A stretch of DNA of 64,000 nucleotides from Eledone cirrhosa (lineage: Eukaryota), in contig OZ024747.1 in the NCBI GenBank assembly GCA_964016885.1, forward strand, positions 59,396,001-59,460,000. The letters are read 5' to 3'. Shown piece after piece: positions 32,187 to 47,217 of this stretch. The first letter of the stretch is position 1. Each line of letters begins with the position of its first letter. Position numbers and translations under genes: made by a program. The notes beneath the pieces are model-generated. The model worked only from the letters and a program-made list of their open reading frames with translations. It searched no databases and was not told where the DNA came from.

Positions 32187-35100
32187 TGTCTATGACTAAT
32201 ATATAACCTTAAGCCTCTAAAATGCAGGGTAAATTCCCCAGGCTTATTCTTTGGGGAAAAAAAAAAAACAAAAAAACTATCTTCCATGTTGGGAAATATA
32301 AAAGACAATGGAGATTTTCCCATCTAACAGCAACTGAAATTCCCATGAATATTATGACTGAAATAGAAATGTGTGATAGCTTACAGTGAAGAGATGTTGC
32401 TAAATTGGCAACAACAGTAACCAGTAAATAATAAAGAGTAAATGGATCGCAGTTTAAACAGTGGGGCAGGGAGTGCTTCAGTTCATCAATCAATAGAACA
32501 GTCTGCTCATGAAATTACCATGAAAGAGACTGAACATTCCTCAGAAACACATAACTACAACATAATTCTCAGAGAGATTCAGTATGACACAGTGGTGCAA
32601 GGCTGGCCCTTTAAATTACAGGCACAGCCTACCCCATTTTACTAACAAGGCTTGAGTTGACTCAAGGCTATGGGCTATGATAAATGACACTTGACCAAGA
32701 TGCCACACATAATTCATAACCATGTTTTGGCAGTTAATCTAGCCACAAAAATAACAGCCAGATAGCAGCAGTCTTCACTGAACCACAGACATAACATGAC
32801 CATGTGTCTTTTATTACAACTACAATGGTCCAGTTCTCTACATATTTAGTGTATCTATCATTCCTCTTTTATCACCGACTAAATACTTCCAACAGCTACA
32901 TCCTGCAACAACTTCCAACATTTTACCTCCTCAAGTTCAGACCAGACATCAACCATATCATTATCAATCTATCCTTATTGGCCAGTTTAAGAGGCAGACT
33001 GAAAATGGTATAAACATTGCTATTCCTTTTTATACTACTGATATACTTTCAAGTTAGCTTCTATTAGAAAAACAGTAACGCCTGTATAGTTTAACAGTTA
33101 ACATGCAGCCAATCTAATCAACAGATGCCTAGTTTAATTCATGCTGGAGTTATACAAGACATATTTATAAAGAAGTGCAAAGAAATATCTTTGGAACTAT
33201 TTCTATTAATGAGACTAATAGATATACAAAATGTTGTTAGTATAACAGGAAAAAACTAGAAATGGGTACTTTACCAACAAAAAATTATAAACTTTCATCC
33301 TATCAAAATAGAAATTTATTCAATTAGCAAATAAATAATTTGTTTGCCTCTCTTATTGGGAAATATAGAAAGTTTCTTCATTCAGAAAAATAATAGCAAA
33401 TCAACTAAACTAAGTTTTATTTGCTAAGTATAAGAGCCAACACCAAAATAAAGTTAATATTTGTCATTTGTTTCAAAAATTCCTTCAATAGTACAGAAAT
33501 ATCCTTTAATTCTTTAGTTTCGAAATCATTAATTTGTATTTTTTTTTAAATGAATGTTATGCCATTGTTTTACAATAAGATGCTTGTTACAAGAAAGAAT
33601 ATATGAACTTAACTAATTAACCAATTCTTTGTAATATATATATATATATATAAAAAAAATGTGAATTCTTTTCCAGTGACATTTTAAAATTTTATTGATT
33701 ATTTTTTTTTGTATATTTATTTATTATGGATAGCAATAATACACACATTTTTCCGCATCGGTTGATGCATTTCGTGCTGCCGGAAGCAGGTCACAGTGAA
33801 AGTCAGTGTTAGCTATTATGGAAAGAAAGAGGAACACTTGCATAAAAATATCTACAGGTACATGACAAAACCTTACAGCATTAATGGCAAGGCATCAAGG
33901 TTTGATGTTAAATTTAATTAGCTAATCTATTAAGACGATTATTATCATTTACATGCAAACTATTTATAGAAGTTGGGAATGACAAAACAAAAAAAATTTC
34001 TTGAAATGTAGATTTTTCTTGGAAATCAATTCAAGCTATTTTTCAAAATATCGTCAATACATTTTTTCCTAACTTTTATTTATAGAAACAGTAATTAACA
34101 GCCTTGAGGCAATAAGTATTATGTAGGACTTGTTATTTATATAAATAAATTTTAATAATTAATTTTAAAAAAAGGAACCAATGAACCCATCACACTTAAA
34201 TCATCTTAAATATAATCTGAGAACAAATTTCTTTTTTCATTTTTTTTTTTAAATAACAGATTGAAGTATTTGAGGTGGAATGCTGACCAGAGTTAGCTAA
34301 TTTCAATAAAGGAAAAAGATTTCTTTCCAAACAACTTCAATTCAATGATTCATATACATACGTATAAGAATGGTGTAAGCAAAAATAGACAGTTTACTTC
34401 TTCTAAATTTAATATTTTGCATGGTTTAAATAAATTCTTTGAACTTAAATTAAAAATGAAATGTAAACCATATGAAAAAAATATGTAAACAGAACACTTG
34501 ATACTAAAACATTTCAAAAGTTTAAATGTTTCTCAGTAAATCCCAAAGCCCAATAGATATTTCAGTTACTAAAATAAGTGATGGACTAAATCATATGCTT
34601 AAAAAAATTCTAACAGACTTTAATATATATTTTGTTTAGGACATAATGCTTTAAGTGGACATTTTTTTAAAAGAACAATATTAGAAAAATAAATTTAGAA
34701 AATCTTCCATTACTCAGGAATTTAAAAAAGGCCAGAGGGACAAAACAGGACATTTAAAACTTAAGTATATAAATAATAAATCTATACAGAAATTATACAA
34801 TAGGAAATTAAGTAACAATTAATTTTTTTTTTATTAATATTTTATAAATAGAAATTTATTAAAAATATCATGATCAAAGAAATTTCAAAATAAATAAATA
34901 TATACGTGTTTGCATGTGTATGTGTGTGAATATAAATATCTGTATACATAATATAATAAAACTAAAATAAAAACATAGGCATACAATAATTTCAAAAACA
35001 AACACTGTATTAAATATATATATAAATTACATAAGATTAAATGAAATATGTAAATTAAGAATATAAAACTAGAAAAGAATGTTCCAATGCTTAGAATTGT

Positions 35101-35454
35101 AGAAAATGTTGAGGAAGCATTGAATACTTCAATGGTTGGAATATCAACTAAAGATTTTAAAATTGCAATTTGCAAGCAATGTAAATTCTAAGCTCTGAGA
35201 TTAAACAATGTTGAATATTATAGGTTCAACAATGAAACAATATTTATGATATATATTATGTATAAATATATATTTGAGTATATGATACATAATAAACTTA
35301 AACTATCTCTTTATATATAGAGAGCACTTTTTTCTTATTGATGACTCTTGCTATATATCATATATGTGTGTGTGTAGATATATATATTTATATAATTATG
35401 TATCTATTTGCAGGCAGATATTGATGTTGAATTTTGCGTCTAAAAAGTTTGATT

Positions 35455-35548
35455 TTGTACACCAGAAAATACAGCAGTCACATATAATTTTAAAACTGTA
35501 TATATATATATAGTTTTAAAATTATATGCGACTCGTATTTTTTGGTGT

Positions 35549-35552
<4 letters not shown>
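35455..35552. repeat. About 100-bp palindrome centred on (TA)n
   Basis: TTGTACACCAGAAAATAC..GTCACATATAATTTTAAAACT-(TA)n-AGTTTTAAAATTATATGCGAC..GTATTTTTTGGTGTACAA. Confidence 0.85.
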
Positions 35553-35587
<35 letters not shown>

Positions 35588-37490
35588 TTCTAAAATTATA
35601 AAGTACATAAGTGTGCAATTTAAAACATTTAATAGATGAGTTCCTAGAATTGTTTGTAGTATATAACAGTAATAATTGTTTCTAGCATAGACACAAAGCC
35701 AGCAATTTAGAGAGGTGCAGAAGTTAATCAAATTGATCTGAGTATTTGATATGTACTTTATTTTATTGACTCAGTAAGGATGAAAGGCAAAGCTGATCAT
35801 GGTTAGATTCAAATTCAGAATACAAAGAGCCAATACAAAACTACAAAGTATTTTGTCCCACACTAATGATTCTGCCATCCCACCAACCTAATGTTTTCTA
35901 ACAATGGCATATGGACACCCATTTGGGTATAGCTCATTAAATCAAAACATTAGGGTAATTAATTTTACTGATTTCCTGAAGATGAAACACAAAATCAATA
36001 TTGGTGAATTTGAACTCAGAATGTGAAAAGATGTAGCCAAAATACTGAACAGAAATTAATTTATCTGCTAGCCACTCTACTAATTCATCAATATACGTAG
36101 AAAATTAATGTTTAATCCTACTGAAAAGCTATAATTTCAAGATGCTAGCTAGTTTGTTTAATGTGTGCAATCTAATCATACTATCACTAACTGTAAAGAA
36201 ACAACACATCACATTTGATGGAGTAAATTAAGAATATAGTAACCCTTTTAGAACAATGGCCTTTTTGACAACATACCAAAAAACACTATAGGTTATGTGC
36301 CAAAGACAATGGAAGAGCATTATATTTTTAAACCAGTATATTGTCCATATAGTGTTTTTTGGCTACATTGTTGAGTCCAACTTCTGTAAGGAGTTGCAAC
36401 TGGCAGATAGTATCAGCAATAAAAACTAAAAAAAAAAAAAAAACAATGGAAAGTTTCCTTGGTACAATCTGACAATCAGATCTTTTCCTTTCCTCAACTG
36501 TTTTTTTTTCCAGTCTGATATATCAGCATGGCTGTAGTCTAAGGTTTAAAATAAAATCCTAAATATCAATACATAGTTTAGATATATAACTAAACTATTT
36601 TTTGGTCAATCTAAATAAAATAGTAACAAAGTGGTTCATGTACAGTCTGGAGTAACTTCACTATACAAAAGGAATAAAAAGTGATTAGTAATATGATATA
36701 TCAAATCAAATAAAAACCTTTCTTCCTAAACAATATAGATATACGTGTGTGTGTGTTTGTGTGTGTGTGTGTGAATGTAATCTTTCCTATATAAAAGGCT
36801 AAATTATTGTCTACTTCTGTGAATATTAAGATAGATCAAATACCTGTTTCCGGCAGTCCTTGATCTAAATCATTCTGTCTCAGTGTGTTCATTGCTGCAG
36901 ATTAAAAACCAAAGTTGAAAAATATATGAAAATGAAATTAGCTTAAAAAAATAAATTAAAAAACCTAAATTATATATAAACTGGTTTTAGAAACAAAAAA
37001 TGTATTGGTGTAGTAAGTATACAAAAAAAAACAAAAAAACAAAAGCAATGAAATATCAAAAATGTTATTTGAAGATGTTACCCCAGCATGGCTGCAGTCC
37101 AATAACCGAGTCCAAGATTAAATATATATACATATATAAACCGCTCATGCAGTTCAATTGTCTGTCCTTTCTTCCACCTATTTCCCTCATTCTATTGGTA
37201 TGTGTGTATATGTATGTATATATACACACATACATATATATATATTTATATTTATTAAAATAACAGATTAAAGTTTAAGCAATATCTCAGCTAATAAAAG
37301 ATTATAATCTTTAATTAGCTGAGATTGCTACAAGAATGCCTCAAGGACCTAGAGTTTTAGCAGGAAACTTAACTTTTGAGTCACTCCAGTAGCAATCTGA
37401 ACTAAAAAAAAAAATCTATATAGATTGTTGTACATATTAAGTACTCTCACGTTTGTCCAGCCAAGTACACCAACCAATATATATATATTT

Positions 37491-37690
37491 AATTATAACT
37501 ATAAAATAGCTGAAACTAAAGCAGGGATATAACTCCTAAGGATAGAAAAATGTGGATCGAATCCTCTGCGGGAACAGCTTTCTGGCAAACAGCAGATGCA
37601 AGGTTTGATTCCCATGGGTGATTTTGTATAAATCCCTCTCAGAGGGTTATATCCCATTTATTTTCAACTGTTTTATAATTAAAATTATGA
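37491..37690. mobile_element. Foldback / MITE-like element with about 50-bp imperfect terminal inverted repeats
   Basis: ATAAAATAGCTGAAACTAAAGCAGGGATATAAC versus GTTATATCCCATTTATTTTCAACTGTTTTAT. Confidence 0.55.
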
Positions 37691-37757
37691 ATCATGGTAA
37701 CTTCCAATAAAGGTGAAACATACTTTAATGTTCCACTTCATGATTTCATTGTGTGAT

Positions 37758-37787
<30 letters not shown>

Positions 37788-37788
<1 letters not shown>

Positions 37789-38175
37789 AAAATGGTCATG
37801 AGGATGACACAAAAAGCACCCAGACCACACTGTAAGTGGCCATCTAGGTGACATGACAAAAAGCATCCAGCCCACACTGTAAAATGGTCATGTAGGTGAC
37901 AACAAAAAGCACCCAGCCCACACTGTAAAGTGGTCATGTAGGTGACATGACAAAAAGTGCTTAGCCCACACTGTAAAGTGTAGGTGTCACGACAAAAAGC
38001 ATCTAGCACATACTGTAAATGTGGTTAGTGTTAGGATGGGCATCCAGCCATAGAAACTAAGCCAAAACCAGTCCTGTATGAGCAAGTCATGGTCATCAAA
38101 CCTGGCTCGTCTCACAAAAGGGCAACTCGTCTAACTTATGCAAGCATGGGAAATGGGCTAAACGGTGATTATGAT
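37788..38175 (+). mobile_element. SINE 3' part with an internal tandem amplification of a ~46-bp unit, ending in an RTE-type tail
   Basis: AAAAAGCACCCAGCCCACACTGTAAAGTGGTCATGTAGGTGACATGAC about 5 times, then GTTAGGATGGGCATCCAGC...ATGCAAGCATGGGAAATGG as in 3755-3898. Confidence 0.75.
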
Positions 38176-38743
38176 GATATATCACTTATGTTGGATGGTT
38201 TAACTATTGTGTAGATCTAGCCATTCTGATTAGCAAACCATAATGCAATAATAAAAAGCACTCAACGTTATACATATCATCCATTAGAGATGTAGTATAC
38301 TGTAGTTGGTTCAGGAACAGAGTTAAACACTTCAATGAAAAAAGAAGGCCAGATTCCAAATATTCCATCTGTCACTGAGACCACACTAACCAATGGACTG
38401 CTTCTGTATCAATTCTTTGCTTATATTTTGCCATAATTGATTACTTAACCTTTATATCTTTTATGTGAATTATATCTGAAGATGTCATGACATTGGCCTG
38501 TCAGCCATAGAAATACGTATTGTAATTTTGCAAAAGAAAAAGGAATATTTGGAATTCAGCCTTCATTTTTCATTGAAATTACACACACACACACACAATA
38601 CATACATACCCATTTTGATTTATTACATTGCCAGTTTTGTGGCTGTAAAAATATGATTTGTTTAGTAATGTCAAGTCAAACTTAATATAAATATTCTTAA
38701 CTTCCACATTGATTTGATTAGTCTTTTATTTATGTTTATACCA

Positions 38744-38863
<120 letters not shown>

Positions 38864-39474
38864 ACACACACTTTTTATGTAAATTGAACAGAATAAAATG
38901 TGAAAACAAAATATACAAATATATTATCAAACTTTGAAAACAAAGAAGTATGTCAGAGGTAATTTGTATTGAAAAATTGATTAGAATTTGTGTAAGTAAA
39001 TATGTAGGGTTCAAATGAAATTCTAAAATGATTTATGGGGTAGGGGGGAGGGCTGGACTATAATATACACAAAATAAAATGATTTAAATTATAGCATCAA
39101 ATAGATGTATTAATAGAAATTAATGCATATAAATTTAATAAGAGAAAAATTGGAATATGTAATGTACAACCATGCAGGGAAAATGGATATAAATATTGAA
39201 ATTCTTATGGATTATTTTTAAAACAAATTGTTGTACACTGAGAGCTAAAAAAAAATGCCATTTATTCTTAATTACCATGATAACCGGTAACAGTTTGAAA
39301 TTCATAAAAGCAAAGTTGACTTATTAAAGAAACTATTTGGAAAACAACAACAAAACAGAAACGAAGACCATACCATACTGTAAGACAGAATAATGTTAAA
39401 ATATTCAAATATTTTTATTGAATAAAAGACAACCACAGAGAACATTATCTTAGCAAGAAAGGAGGCCCTGTTAA

Positions 39475-39681
39475 CCCATTAGCATTTAAAACAGGCCGTA
39501 TCCAGCCAGAATTGTCTTACCTCTTTCTGTTCAAACCGGCCATAACCAACCATTCATACTTATGTTAAGAATTGTTCTCAAAATAAATAATATAAAAATT
39601 TCATAGATTCAATGTTATGTGAGAAAAGCCTTTACCATGACAATACAATAGTAAATATATAGTAATGTAAATGCTAAAGGG
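39475..39681. mobile_element. piggyBac-type MITE
   Basis: TTAA|CCCATTAGCATTTA...TAAATGCTAAAGGG|TTAA: 14-bp TIRs with 1 mismatch, CCC/GGG ends and TTAA on both sides. Confidence 0.8.
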
Positions 39682-42600
39682 TTAAACTTATTTTTCAACA
39701 AAAAAAAGATAATTATAATCCTGTCAATACTGTAATTTTAATGAAAACACCACCTAAGGTTTTCAAGTAATTTTGAAAATAATTGGTATTTTAGAGTAAA
39801 ATAACCATATTATACTACCTTTTAATATATAACTTAAAAAACATTTTTACATAATGTTATATTGATTTAAATATGAGAACTTTAAAACGAGAGGTTTGTC
39901 ATCAGAGAATTGGGATGGTTTGGACAGGTTGATATAAAAAAGGTTTAAGAATATGCTTATATAATATCTACAAATTAACTAGGTATAAAACCAGTTAACT
40001 CTTGACATTCTGTAATGATTTAGAAGAAAATATTTAAAAATCAGTTAATTCAAATGTTTATAGTATCTTAACTAAAAGACAACAGATTGTTGTGAAAATT
40101 TTCAGTAAATTAAAGACTAATTTTTAATGTGTAGTTATGCTGTCTTTACAAGAATGTCTTGCTAAAGTGGATTCCTGCAGTGCTAAGAGTTAATACCATT
40201 CCCAAAGAAGTGTTTTGTTCATCAAAGAAATTAAATTAAATAACAGAAATAAATCAAAGAATTATTTAGCCAAAATATTATGATTAAAAATGATAAACTA
40301 ATATCAATTCTTATGAATGGCATGTGGCCTAGTGATTAGTGTATTGGACTATCATAAGCTTATGGGATCAATTCCTGTACTGGGAAGTATTGTTTTCTTG
40401 AGCAAAATCCTTCATTTCACATTACTTAGGACCGAGGCACTATAATTAAAACACCCAAGAAACCTCATATGAGATGCAATCTCACTGATGGCCAGCTAAA
40501 CCTTTATAGGTGTGATGTGTAATTTCATTTTTTTCCCCATCTCTATTCTACACATGTGAGAACTATTGCAGAATCTAAACCAGTAAATTAATAGACAAGT
40601 AGAATTGAGCAAAGTAAATGACCAGCTTTTATCTCTTTGTTAGGCTAGTACAAATAATATTGAAGATGTCTCAACAATTTTCCTAAAGTATTTATTAAAC
40701 AATAGCAAAATAATTTCAGTTAAGCCAGACAACTTATGCCGATTTTTTTTTTTCAATTTAATTCTAGTTCATATTAACTTTTAGATTTGAAAAACATATT
40801 GCCATTGCAACAAAAATCTATTTTTGAGAGGGTACAAAAATCTAATCTAATTTAAAACAATGGACATTTTCTTTTTACACCTAAATATAGGAACCTATTC
40901 ATCTTTTAGATAAAATATTTCCAGAACAAATTACAAAACTACAAATACAAACCATATATAACACCACAACCATCACTCAAAATCGAGGATGACTTGGTAG
41001 CATATGCCATACTTTTACTAACAATTTTAGGTGACCATCTTGTCAGGATACGACAACCTTCTCACCAATGACCCAATGGAACATCAAGAACATCAAGAAC
41101 ATAACAGCTAAAGAGAGGGCTGTAACAGCACTTGACTGGCACTTTTTAACCCCCCCCCCCCAAAAAAAAAATGATGAAAGGCAAAACAAACCTTGGTTGG
41201 ACGTGAATACACAGAAAATAAGAAAAATATCACAACACACTAATGAATCTGCCAATCAACCACATTACAAATTTAGAATATATATATAAAATCTAACCAA
41301 TCCTTATATTTTTTACTGTTTACTGAAGGGAATAACAGTGCCCATAACCCTTTTCAGGGTTGCTGAGTCAAAACCAGAGACTAGGTCTGAATGCTAACAA
41401 CAAAATGGCCTCTACTAAAAGGGGGAGGAGGGAAGTATCCTAAAACCAAAGACCTGGGCTGAATGCTAACAACAGAATGGACCTCACAACAGGAATTCAA
41501 AGGCCTTTTGGTGGTATTAAACAGTGGTGGGTTAAATTTATCACCCCAAAAGAATAAAGTACACAATCACCGTATTATTTAAAGAAACACTACATATAAA
41601 ATGTTTTTTTTTAAATTGAAAGAAACCCAAAACCATCCAAGGAATCACAAGACAATATGTGAAAAATTTTACAGAAATCTCAGGTACGTACTTCCTTTGG
41701 ATGGAACACTGCTGAGAAAGTTTCCTGAGAAGAAAAAAGTCAATTTTTTAAAAGTTTCCATTTACCAAGACATTCTTGAAAAGGACAAAATAGCACTATC
41801 ACTGCAAATCTTCACAACAATTTGTTCACTTGTAAAGATACTACAAACATTTAAATTAGCAAGCCTATTTTTAGATATTTTCTGCTAGATTATTACAGGG
41901 TATTAAGAGTTAAAACACCCGAGAAACCTCTAAGATACAACCTCACAGGAAGCCTGTCACTAAGCATGTAAGGTTTTAATTAGAAAAAAAAAAAAAATTA
42001 ACAGCTATATAATATAGTTATTTCCCTTGAAGGCTAACAAGAAAAAATATGAAGAAAAAATTTGGTAATAAACCAGTAAATGTTGCCTAAAGAATTTGGT
42101 TTCCCAAGTTCCATTGCTGATAAATTCTATATAACACATTGATAAAAAACAAGCAGAGTAACTTGAAAGGAGAAGCACTACATGAGAAATTCAAAATACA
42201 GCAAACACCACAGGCTAAAGAATATCCAAATATAAGTAAATTTCTAAAATATTTCAGATTCATAGTTACATTCCAGACAAAAGATGCTTTTAAAATAAAT
42301 CAGTCACCACTATTTACAAAAAAGTAATCCTAAAAATTCAGTTTGCACATAGAATTAATTTGACCCTTTTATGGCCATATTTCTAATGAAATACATTATT
42401 TCAATGTAAAATATGGAGCAATTTACTAAAATTATGTTATTTCATTATTAAAATATTTGTAACTTAAAACATTCTTTTATAAAATTATATTGGAAGATTA
42501 ATAAGAACAATCTTGTTTCATAGAAACAGGCATTTTCGGGTTAGTTGGTATTTTAATGACAAGTCCATCCCTTACTACCATGGAAAAATGGACATAAATA

Positions 42601-43533
42601 TAATTGCCAAATCACATGCAAGAGATAACAATGAAAATTTAAAGAACAGAATACTGAGTAAAAGTTTATAAAATTTGATATAAGTTTATGAAATATTAAA
42701 TAAAAAAGTTTATGAAATATGATTAATAAAATTTTAATTTTCTTTAAGTAAATACTGAAAGAGCATGGCCTAGTTGTTAGTGTTGGATACACAAACAGAA
42801 CTTGGGTTGAATTCCTGGACCAAGCAGCATAATGTGTTCTAGAGAAAGTCACTTTATTTCATTAAAACAGCCGAGAAACCAGACATGCAACCCCATAGGT
42901 GCGAGCTGTAAATTTAATTTTTTGTCAAATATTGATTTGAGGGTCACTTGGTGCAATATATCTATGTAGAGGTTTTTGAGAATATTCTATAAACGTTCTT
43001 TATGGTTATATTTAAATGGCAGTGAATGAGAACATGCTTATGTTATGTAAAATGCACCCAGCCTGTAAGGTGGTTGGTGCTAAGAAGGGCATCCAACCAT
43101 AGGAACTATGCCAAATATGAAATGTATAAGCAAGATAAAGTTGCATCAGACCATGACAACCTGCCCAACCCATGCCAGTATGAAAGGAAGATATAAAATG
43201 ATGATGATAACATGGAATTTGAATTCAGAGTATACAGAGCCAAAACAGATATTACAAGGTATCCTATCCAATGCTTTAAGAATTAATTCAGCCAACCCAC
43301 ATCCACCTGGAGTGATACTTTATTTAGCAATTGTGAAAAGCAAAGCTGACCTCAGCAAGATTTTAACTCAGGACATTAGAAAGAATGTTTAGCGGTCTAA
43401 CGACTTTTTCCAATTTACTCCTAAATGAATTTATAATGAAGACTAAATAATATATTTTTTAGACAGTACTGTAACCAAAGAAACAAAAGTTGTCAAAACA
43501 CTAAATATGAAGAAAAGCCAATTCTTAAGCAAG

Positions 43534-43572
<39 letters not shown>

Positions 43573-43573
<1 letters not shown>

Positions 43574-43817
43574 ATTTAACGTCCCCACTATATCGACAGT
43601 TGATCGGCTTTCGTTAAATTGGACTGAGGAAACAACATTTCCATTGGTCTTTCCAATTGCTAATACTAGCTATCGGTCAGTCACAACTCCAGGTAGAAGG
43701 AGCAATATGAAATAAAGTGTCTTGCTCAAGGACATAATGCATCACCCGGTCCGGGAATCAAACTCACAACCTCATGATTATGAATCCAATTCTCTAACCA
43801 CTCACCCACGCGCCTTC
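43573..43817 (-). mobile_element. tRNA-derived SINE
   Basis: Minus strand GAAGGCGCGTGGGTGAGTGGTTAGAG...GAGTTTGATTCCCGG...CCTTGAGCAAGACACTT. Body shared with 3956-4165. Confidence 0.8.
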
Positions 43818-44673
43818 GCACACACAGTTTTAAATTTCATGCTGTATATCAGTAAACATTAATATTATCCATAAAAATTAAATTCTATGAAGTGAAATAC
43901 TACAATACAAATGTAAATATATGAAAAAATAACAGTTTCTAAAATGAGAAAAATAAAGGGAGGCTTTACTGGAGAAAACTTGTCTAATTTATGTAAGTAG
44001 AAAAAAAAATCTCCATATTAATTCAAAAAAGTAACTGCATTAGTGAGCAATGAGTTCTTGACAATTATAAATTTAACGTTCACTGCAAGATAAACTATGT
44101 ACAAAGAAACCAAAATAATAGAGTTCCTTTTAATAAAAACAATAAATTAGTAAAAATATGAAAAGGACATTCCTAAAATATTTCAGACGAAATGAGTGGG
44201 GAAAAAATAATCTCACATATTTACTGCCAAAAAGCAAGATTTCATTAATATTTTAAACCAAGATTGTATCTAATTAGATCTCAAGGAAATGGACTAATTT
44301 ATTTAAAAGAACTAAAATGAAAACATAAATGAAATAACATTTCAAAAATACCATTCTTGCTAATTTTAACACTACACAATTGGAAGTTCTGTTGTACTAA
44401 AGGAGTAACACTTAATACCAGCCCAGGCAAAATTGGTACTAGTTCTATGAAATATACCCATTTAAGTGTCCATATTTAAATTAAAATCTTCCAACACAAT
44501 TTTATATAAGAACCATATGCTAAGATACGATAATAAAAATGCCATGATTTTAAGGCATACCTCAAAATTCTTCATTAATCAATTGAAATAGTCTATTTCA
44601 TTAGAAATATGAACACAAAAAGGTTAACCGATATTTCTTTTATAAGGAGACTCATTACTGCAGGGATGTTTAA

Positions 44674-44882
44674 CCTTTTTGCTGCCTAACCATCTGAAAT
44701 TACCCGTTTAAAATTATCTGAAAACCTTCCATCATAATTTTATGTAAAAACCTTGGTGAAGTAATGCTCCGAATTTCCAGATTATTTAATGAGAACATTT
44801 ATTATTTTACTAAATTTCATGAAAAATATTTGGAACCCTTAGGTAGTGTTTTATTTTTATTAGAAATATGGTAAAGAAAGGG
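44674..44882. mobile_element. Degenerate piggyBac-type MITE
   Basis: TTAA|CCTTTTTGCTGCC...GGTAAAGAAAGGG|TTAA; size similar to 39475-39681. Confidence 0.5.
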
Positions 44883-45992
44883 TTAATTCAATCTAAGTAT
44901 GTGTGATTTTGAACAATGTTACTTCAAAAGATATTTAATTCCAGGAATTAAAAAAAAGAAAGGACTTCATCATCAACTATAAATTATAGGTTAACTTTGC
45001 CTGTCATCCTTACGGCGTCGATAAAATAAAGTACCAGTAATGTACTGGGTAATTTCTGGGCTTGTGCCAATAGTAGAAACAATTATTATTATTATCCTCC
45101 TCATTATTAAATATCCAAGCGCTTTAAATAATAACCTGATTTCCAAGCCATGAAAAATGAAAGGGTGGAATTTACCCAATTCTTTACAGACACACAGACA
45201 CACACAGAGATGCCACCATGCTCAATAGGAAGACTGCATACATATTTTAAAGGTTGAGGAATTTCTCGGAGACCTAATTATTTCATACAGTCAACATCTT
45301 CAAAATGAATGATGAATAGCAGCAATTTAAAAATAGACACAACTACACACCAACAACTCTACAGAATAGCTGTTTCATTGAAAAGAAGAAAACCAAAGGC
45401 CTCTCGCACAACATATTAGATATTGTGAGAACATGAACAAACAAACTGGTGTGTGTGTGTATATTATACCAGTAAATTGATATGTCTAACAGTAATTACT
45501 TCAGTCTAATTAATAATGTCTCAAGATGAAGGAATAATTTATTTTGTATGGAGACAGAAATAACAGTGAAACAAGAGAGAGAAAGTATGATGAAAGAGAT
45601 AGAGGAAAGATGAGATGATAAAGAGTAAGACAATGTAGTATGAGTAAGAGAGGTAGAGAGTGAGGAGGATGATTAAAGAAACAACAAATAGAATGGGAGT
45701 GTGAGAATAAGACAGACTGAAGGAAAGAGAGAATGAGCGTGAGAGAGAAAGAGAGGATGAGCGTTAGAGAGAAAGAGAATGAGTATGTGAGTAAAGTATG
45801 AGTGAAAGCTAGTGATGGTGAGAGAGGGTGAAATCATGAGAATGTGTTGTGGGAGAAAGGAAGAGATAGGAGGGAGAAGAACTAGAATGATAGAGAGAAA
45901 AGGAAAGTTTTTGTGGGAGTAGGGTGACTGGGTGGGCGAGCAAGGAAATATAAGAAAATGAAGAGGTGTGTAAATAAGCGAAAATGTATGTA

Positions 45993-46053
<61 letters not shown>

Positions 46054-47217
46054 TACTTATATACACATTTATATATACATATATACACATGCATATATAT
46101 ACATGCATATATATACCTACAAGTATATAGTATTGATGCACTGTTAAGCAAATTGGCTGATTACTGATGACTTGGCTTTGCCTTGACTGCCCAGTATAAT
46201 GTAATTATGTATTTTGATATGAAAATTATTATTATTATGATAGTTAATTGTATTATATTACGACATTTCATAGTTCATCACAATTATTGTGCAACTATTT
46301 GAGAGCACATGATAACAAAATTACTGATTTTACCATATGAGGTAAAATATATGTACTTTCGAGAAATCAGTTATGCACTGAAAATGGAGAACTTTTAATT
46401 TACAAGTTCTAAACATTTTTTCAATAAGTTTTATTTTTTCTTTGACTAAGATGAGATAACAGAAAATTTTTTTGAATATTTTAAAAGGTGTAATCGGTAT
46501 CTTTATATTTTGAAAATTTATTCCTTTTTAAAAGATCAATTGGGTGAGTAGGAGGGCCTCTCTCTTCTACTTTGATACTAAAGGATGCCACCTGATAAAT
46601 CACAAGTCATTTCCAGTTGTGTAAGATCAGTATGATCAAGTGCTAGGAACAGGGTACATTAATGGGTTTAGATTCTATGTCATAGAAAACAATGCATCTT
46701 ATATTTTCCTACATATTGAATGGAATATATTTTCCAAATTTCTATCATACATGCTTCTCTTACTCCAAAACAGTCACCAATTTCTAAAACCGATACCAAT
46801 TAATTAGTGCAACCCTAGTATATATACATATGTGTGAGTGTCTGTGTGTGTGTGTATAATGTATCATTTTTATGATGAATATGCAAGAGAAGAGAAATAA
46901 ATGAGGCCATAGAATTGGAATAAAGAAAAGAGGAAGGAAATGAAGAATAATGATAAGAGAGAAAGAAGGAGTGAGAGTAAGAAGGAGTGAGAGTAAGATG
47001 AAGAGAGTGTGACAAGGGAAAGAGAGAGACAGTCAGAAAGAGAAAGAAGGACTAAGGGTGAGAGAGAGAGTGGCAGGATGACAATTGCAATTGTAAAATT
47101 TATCCACCTGACTCGGGTAGATATCAGTGAGACAGAGAGGGAGTGGGGTGAGTGAAAGAGAAAGAGAGAAGTAAAATGATGGGGGAGAGAGAGAACTAGG
47201 ATAAAGGAGAGAAAGAA

